A stretch of 64,000 nucleotides of DNA from an uncultured virus (IMG/VR IMGVR_UViG_3300028591_000172) (lineage: Duplodnaviria; Heunggongvirae; Uroviricota; Caudoviricetes): the IMG/VR virus record IMGVR_UViG_3300028591_000172, one strand, 5' to 3'. The notes beneath the pieces are model-generated. The model searched no databases. It worked only from the letters and a program-made list of their open reading frames with translations, and was not told the origin of the DNA. The first letter of the stretch is position 1, and each line of letters starts with the position of its first letter. A program made the translations under genes and the position numbers. Positions 62,401 to 64,000 of the stretch are shown here, piece after piece.

Positions 62401-64000
62401 TCAGAAATCTTTATAAAGAATTTAAAAAGATTGACTATGTCGCATCAGAAAATTTACTTTCTTATGCCAAGCAAAGTGCCAATATGCCTGGATACGAAAT
62501 CATTTATCTCGATGAACACATGAATCCTATTGATGATCCAAACAAAGCTGTGTTTACAAAAATTAAATGTAGAATGTTCTGCCCAGAAGCATTTAAGTTC
62601 TGGGATACTAGTGCTGATACATCTAAAATTGACACAATCAGTTATGTCAATGATAGAACAAATCCTGATTCATTAGTTCAATTACATGGCAAATGGTATA
62701 GCAAAGCAAAAGATGGTAACGGTAATTGGGTTTACGTTTATGATTCCACGAAAGAAAATGAAATTAATAACGTAATATCAAAAGCTAATACGCCATGGGC
62801 TAGCTCAACAAATGGAACTAGAGTGTATAGAACATTGTTGGCTAAGGTACTCTATGAAAATTGTTCAGCAGCACAAGCAGAATTAAAGGACATCAATGTT
62901 TTAATGAAACAAATGCTTGATGGTAATTCTACATCAGGTTCTTTAGGTGCCGGCATTATCAATAAAATATTCACAATGATGACTGATGATGAAGTTAGAA
63001 AACTTTATACATCAGATGATCCATATATTAAATTTATTCTAAATAAAATGAGAAGCTTTATGCCTAAGCTTACAGCTACAGACGCTAAAGAATGGGCTGG
63101 CTCACAAAAATTATTATCTAAAAACAAGGCTAAAGAATTAGCTAAAAACAAAACGCTTCTTTACTACTACACAAAAGCTATTGGAAATATTTTAAATGAC
63201 CAGGCTTTCTTAAGTGATCAAGAAGCAATGAAAAACGGATATCCATTATTAGATAACTCTGATACATATTATCCATTAGAAAAATTGATTGCTGAATTAG
63301 CTACAGTATCAGGTGTCAAAGACAGTTATGTGAAATCATTCTCACATAATGTTAATGACTATACTCTTATGGGATTGCTTAACTTCGTCAATGGTAGAAG
63401 TGGCAATCAATCTAACGAATTTAATCCTCAATCAAACTGGGATAGTATTGTTTATCCAAGAAAAGAAGCAGCAATTGCTGGTCCTGCTGGAGGAAAACTT
63501 GGCGATACTGCTGAAGGTCAAAAAGGAATTACTCCAGACCAACAAATCATGTCTCAATATTACGGTGCCAATAGAACTCTTTCTGAATTATTAGGAATGA
63601 ATAAAGGAAATAATATTTCTCAATCAAGGGATAGTTTCTTACACGGTGACTTTGCTACTAGATTCACAGATGAAAATAGATCTAGAGAATTAAGCAAAGA
63701 ATATTATCCACAAAAAATGGGTGATGACCTTGCCGCTTATGCTAGCGATACTCCAAATAGATTAGCAAAAGCAAGAATGTTAACAACCAAAGAAGACAGA
63801 ATGATAGCAGATATTGCTCCTCGTTTCCTTGGTGTTGACAGTAATCTTGGTATTTCATATACATCCAAGCCACAAATGTTTGATGGAACTTATGGAGATT
63901 ATGCTAATGAAGCTACATCAGAAATCTATGGCTGGGCTAGACACGATATGATTCAACCAATAGTAGATAGTATTAAACAATCAATCGGTGACACAGAAAC
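50448..64000 (+). CDS. Giant protein (at least 4517 aa, 3'-truncated): putative virion two-barrel RNA polymerase with DEDDh exonuclease domain
   Basis: GGAGG RBS and ATG 50448; the frame read open wherever translated and the track lists no stop-terminated ORF in it; GDFDGD at 60150-60167; GNK...MKG at 61668-61709; DEDDh motifs at 58218-58860. Confidence 0.85.
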   Translation, partial: MYIPDDDVLNVLNTNTQNNNYNDGNSSDDELKVLNDNAQTQSVSNKSGNIFGITLDEDDNNARQAGYVDNTAGVQHVDYDDVTYFENEENLGSPVLSKRNKFGGVADVDEGEEPIISDMSGEEISADSPENLYREMLGVTQYSDLRKMCGLKDSESFTDYYNRTGYIPKGFETTARLLLAEEKVKKVYARYKAGEIGYADFLYKAYAKDILKSQGIDVSSKLYWYNKAKKGDFTNPLDSTTYLADILAIADQEFQKASWYESASVDNIAKTALVWASGGAVTPENIKTLFKDQIDVINKYFESEEEFIKLYKAGYINLNTFNPFIDIDNDGIYDYYFAEDGKLYAAEGSSGKGNNVCKIYYETDKNGNKVVDRVTRKGVFGTGEFGDIMDSFLGSFFSVFTGLVDFGGQMVGLIGHAAGNDDLMLNWNAIRNNNLAFGGSNTKDFQGFQASEGDDWARGVSSAVGTIVGMIASYYIAGVINKAAGAAGKAASAASKTAIDTVGRQTAKSVAANVGAKALEGTAWAVRTYNGLRGGNMTTVVPKLAEHAMANRMATAAALAIRDGVSTANKLIIQNKILKEEDRLSEGEIVGRTLLNIGANTVVSFALRAVGDSGVTDFWKKEGTHVKNIANRIDFLNKMVPESVVDNLATAVGQEKLSVIGSTLLGKGINTIGDIIENIVTQTNTAFLSNAENGVFDVGKWFETAGGLVANPSFIITNLYIAKQDMGFKLFGRDSEGKRVFKPHTEQNFVKAAIVAGEDTVKMYDEAMNEIKGVYADLIKNGNEKAADDLMRGIIEPAERIYVGSQGESTVTCAMKALTWLMNQTVDIPVESLVKDKKILARLTPDEKQNGPVRAIVLAGIKEGAVKRMIARAAYTMEYYNKAYEQIYKTSIDTFKGEFSLVDAYTRAKERFEAEADDVYTEEKTVMDEDGIMHRVTGEKYIVDVNKFSDNERVMNALEKVAKEREANLVFLTKEQRDAVIKELENNFGAESTNDVKHFEDVINLQTENVAGKGPRKMTLKDQLNYMLGLGGLNARLSDAVIRSMAFYKESRQEDYENLSPDFKGDFEKAFDIDIVMNNNQGQMPEEYEKLAVNESFVSRVREYGYPDGKSFLNSAYILKAKGDMVNDIRAGGKMGSLYNAMVALAKVGLIAKVDYNDGGVTKTLFAVPGGMENLFGSMKTADAISTALSSVYTLCVSNDAKSFKSASNLLLQIFLERNLQLPNGKTAKSYVKDFVFINDRVNAEGEHDPEINSNTDFLSHPKYKEGSEKLLSTLLASFAATNNDVISRPQLIRIFDSLGISYNSIDASGNDAGISFVKNYLNAYEQTGEVTDLARKIEGDPDRRVSETDLNKFSQATKILLSNPEVQKALVDDGIISKDFFKHLEDLNFFTRGQSGEVKENSRFVSLVEAARLHQGLDDYLENDNDLVYFAESFIKMTDDINGISGADDKLISDLLNYREFVRGTNVYDKKNLIIVNLSRLETASLHKLIRQLEVETYRNALRDDSAKVFRALEKELSKSYNLESLQSLCNLQLNNDLGVLTFDLDDPDSYNEFKNLMMSIGYKEVVVDGTISAGRAYNIPGVSFTSAVSRGLTFDLSLEKYKNLMANSKITAGENALSLSDKGKALDVALAVSDRYGLLFTKEEIENLSLDDIENRLNIKFTKDGFELDGIKSTIKAILKLGKSASKLDKYVNRTYGNYYENVFNNIDTDGRFGNALTILNIIKSALAFQADTEEGTAETNLYSVKLSQKEFENFEANAGKLYKYVDEKLNNGVHKVVIADIQKENWTLDFIVKNFCKDGKIDMRSIFVLPAGSYKPEQLSEITYNARTIKVDGMNAGGVNFLEFIREQNFDRFDDLEEFYNFINKCDLNIGDYDSEESIRNNMLSVIKEYLTKETEQIYTSLKEQGLTDEDIKIIYLDGAIKKISEAVRNNMGEYTNFGVDSDGVSVLEKLDYSKISEECGYSAVSLKRILSLLKTPVLSSFDDALNIFILQTNNPFTDVASMIRYDSRTGKAFISLDDIMVMTKEQFKVLEDLGLVTKQLKDKLTLIGKYDEKTGFIYNDTRNEEGEDFSAVRTTYDIGKETTQIQSNGSGYIPNENTEKIADYLLTRAKRIKDERNQDTFFKKLSAMNPADESDAWLAKALNLYTTGTVDNPGSNLVANMDNSLAVGEMLNSISSLSFALQDTVLPDGTELKLDKRAATELALKIYFNTTGTDMSASYNRYTIAYKDENDQWHIESVGENINGAREAVSLGRQLFIKGILDGKTKYKEAYLFNSSKNVMSANAASFGENIKVMQLNEENLSSLKNQIYENCLAVALENGYLKLSTDSKDAKADAIAKVLGSAITRPEIRTFYLQNAKADILSQADKLLNGLNPAIKESYINAINNHVDKLLSTTLETVENLQSSADWMSLKEQALATINTQKGILSKEQFRLLEERTNKMIADTIDAYTYLINQDSLPKETLGKINEMIGLSKDELSEMSKDGFDLIKDVEGLYTDNEELFAKNIERYLNDITDPQEKVKAVAAILRYHALSGERGKNLQFALLGSDEYLSGLRDSYLKDPIKPGQFSVDGRQYDAIKEVGKGKKIVSLDLENFYKDVKGDEKIYEIGFAMFDGNDELDFDASKPTQYRILIKYDDEEYLEDTIKGYRTLASDSTDSRKKASFKNYVDNTNLTRDRLVKNSDGQYIYVIHISSGVNANEVFTKAINKILSMAGNDYVVLGHNTKGQDSDFDKIRNQFGVDMYKLLNGKLNIDTLIDVAKNGYATDAKINESSLSLENLAKQMGIEYDAHSAVDDAIFTYQYFLWKMKNQIDVDKMKSGLYEEFEHILEKIGAQDIDRDQLNRELSKIKVDGQEVSFADFWQGDEFKDTYEKYGTKLTSDIIQNLINYRNAVFNSDEASYIRKRATNVEHDLIYEAQSAHITWLSHHDQNGNSNLDNFRERISLFIKPNENGQVTRTEYTNGMKLLNSVFLDYRTRKMDGDRNFRIEDFLRMDTDEIIDAARNKLPELHITKEELTNYVNAYTSSQEFEDSKLTSEKTFASNAIYNIYDEIGKTIGLDGFDDGTKILLFDIMSGLKTGNFAEAFRTNANGQKEFIVKYNGPAYEKSYYVKSLEDAINDFAASVDVQREWTMPSGVIPGQTVKLENGDDYSFKSTDVGMTRQKFQELFGGATIEDYRESLGLSDGDDLFIQLYRVPGVGQNVIHTYRVRILDSNKYDNVLLAHDIFAAYHSGDFDGDKVIILKPTKYLQKVGNQLMNSTDKIWEVSDKIISKLYSDSAYDSARDDQVVNNFADYCEQEFGLQTTLQKVFDYARDSSSVNPTERDAYEKALAYALDQELINKVNAKEYPTLSTDETSKQLYYSDFLTDKYSDEVVRRLSLDTKFLIDQIISVKDSATGFASKKYKPLLEGFRKTVENAADLFTYNQVALSKTTKLRLAQAIENDADNVFKFIKQSIGETYSAKIFTSIDEYLDDVFNDSTLSSKQKAQGVINALKMAELLYRGTDEFNDMFNKLTDDMINNADLSDERTKVKKLIEYASYNQVDTNGRTIEDVDRLSLNDLTNLKYNIVNNLDPMMSSRRFMATSGDTHLSSNIVTNIRSQISKLTDASKIKYIDADNSTNWFAPEILLATGMVRKLTPDTFAEISGRFTLASSRTVNVNIGDLSEDQLPKLSAAFSKRLHGSIKIGDQVIVRPGEKVLSADDKYGNHYTNIFDEDGELLVDLKDIVSLNVQKEISLFGNKLGILGSGDMKGTQELSVAHSRNNYGIGLDIESLNQYRELLGSYYSIINSFIETIEQSKGKIPGEKLTQLKDLNTRLHQASQEQAQLTADYKKARDEFDADQIAHGEPTWDQLAAMFRSASEEERDEIRLLHKSVSMFYQPDIQKSINLQNSIQDQIDNLLSELGFKNKEALYKQLNESKEKIQELRRAMRQQIGERQIAQREKNLLKDSVDLKERTMLYDLISDIGIDPAMYDIDNMDIKDVRNLYKEFKKIDYVASENLLSYAKQSANMPGYEIIYLDEHMNPIDDPNKAVFTKIKCRMFCPEAFKFWDTSADTSKIDTISYVNDRTNPDSLVQLHGKWYSKAKDGNGNWVYVYDSTKENEINNVISKANTPWASSTNGTRVYRTLLAKVLYENCSAAQAELKDINVLMKQMLDGNSTSGSLGAGIINKIFTMMTDDEVRKLYTSDDPYIKFILNKMRSFMPKLTATDAKEWAGSQKLLSKNKAKELAKNKTLLYYYTKAIGNILNDQAFLSDQEAMKNGYPLLDNSDTYYPLEKLIAELATVSGVKDSYVKSFSHNVNDYTLMGLLNFVNGRSGNQSNEFNPQSNWDSIVYPRKEAAIAGPAGGKLGDTAEGQKGITPDQQIMSQYYGANRTLSELLGMNKGNNISQSRDSFLHGDFATRFTDENRSRELSKEYYPQKMGDDLAAYASDTPNRLAKARMLTTKEDRMIADIAPRFLGVDSNLGISYTSKPQMFDGTYGDYANEATSEIYGWARHDMIQPIVDSIKQSIGDTE

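Noticed and set aside
51750..63594. Short ORFs listed by the track in this span
   Set aside because: They are antisense or off-frame shadows of the giant plus-strand ORF
1..64000. Stop-codon reassignment
   Set aside because: Genes are intact under code 11, and TAA, TAG and TGA all end genes at sensible junctions

Overview
This AT-rich window comes from a tailed bacteriophage genome using the standard genetic code, with sigma70-type promoters and strong AGGAGG ribosome-binding sites (RBS); the host is probably a low-GC Bacillota (inferred). Layout: (1) 1-12.5 kb tail, fibre and membrane genes, including collagen-like and BspA-type LRR proteins; (2) 12.5-16.7 kb accessory block with a lipoate-ligase-like gene, a membrane protein combining AgrB-like and HTH regions with a nested AgrD/AIP-like peptide ORF, and a five-gene cassette; (3) 17-28.7 kb small genes and a replication/recombination module; (4) 28.7-35.2 kb TerS-like gene, probable virion proteins, HTH-GroES and GroEL; (5) 35.3-47.7 kb leftward accessory/early operon; (6) 47.7-49 kb non-coding control region with repeats, structured segments and a tRNA(CAT); (7) from 50448 a single ORF of at least 4517 codons that runs off the window and is missing from the ORF track. 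That ORF carries a DEDDh exonuclease domain and both two-barrel RNA polymerase signatures. The best candidates for new biology are the nested-peptide agr-like module, the giant exonuclease-RNAP protein, and several small non-coding RNAs, two of which carry an anti-Shine-Dalgarno sequence. All family calls are from motifs read by eye; no searches were run.
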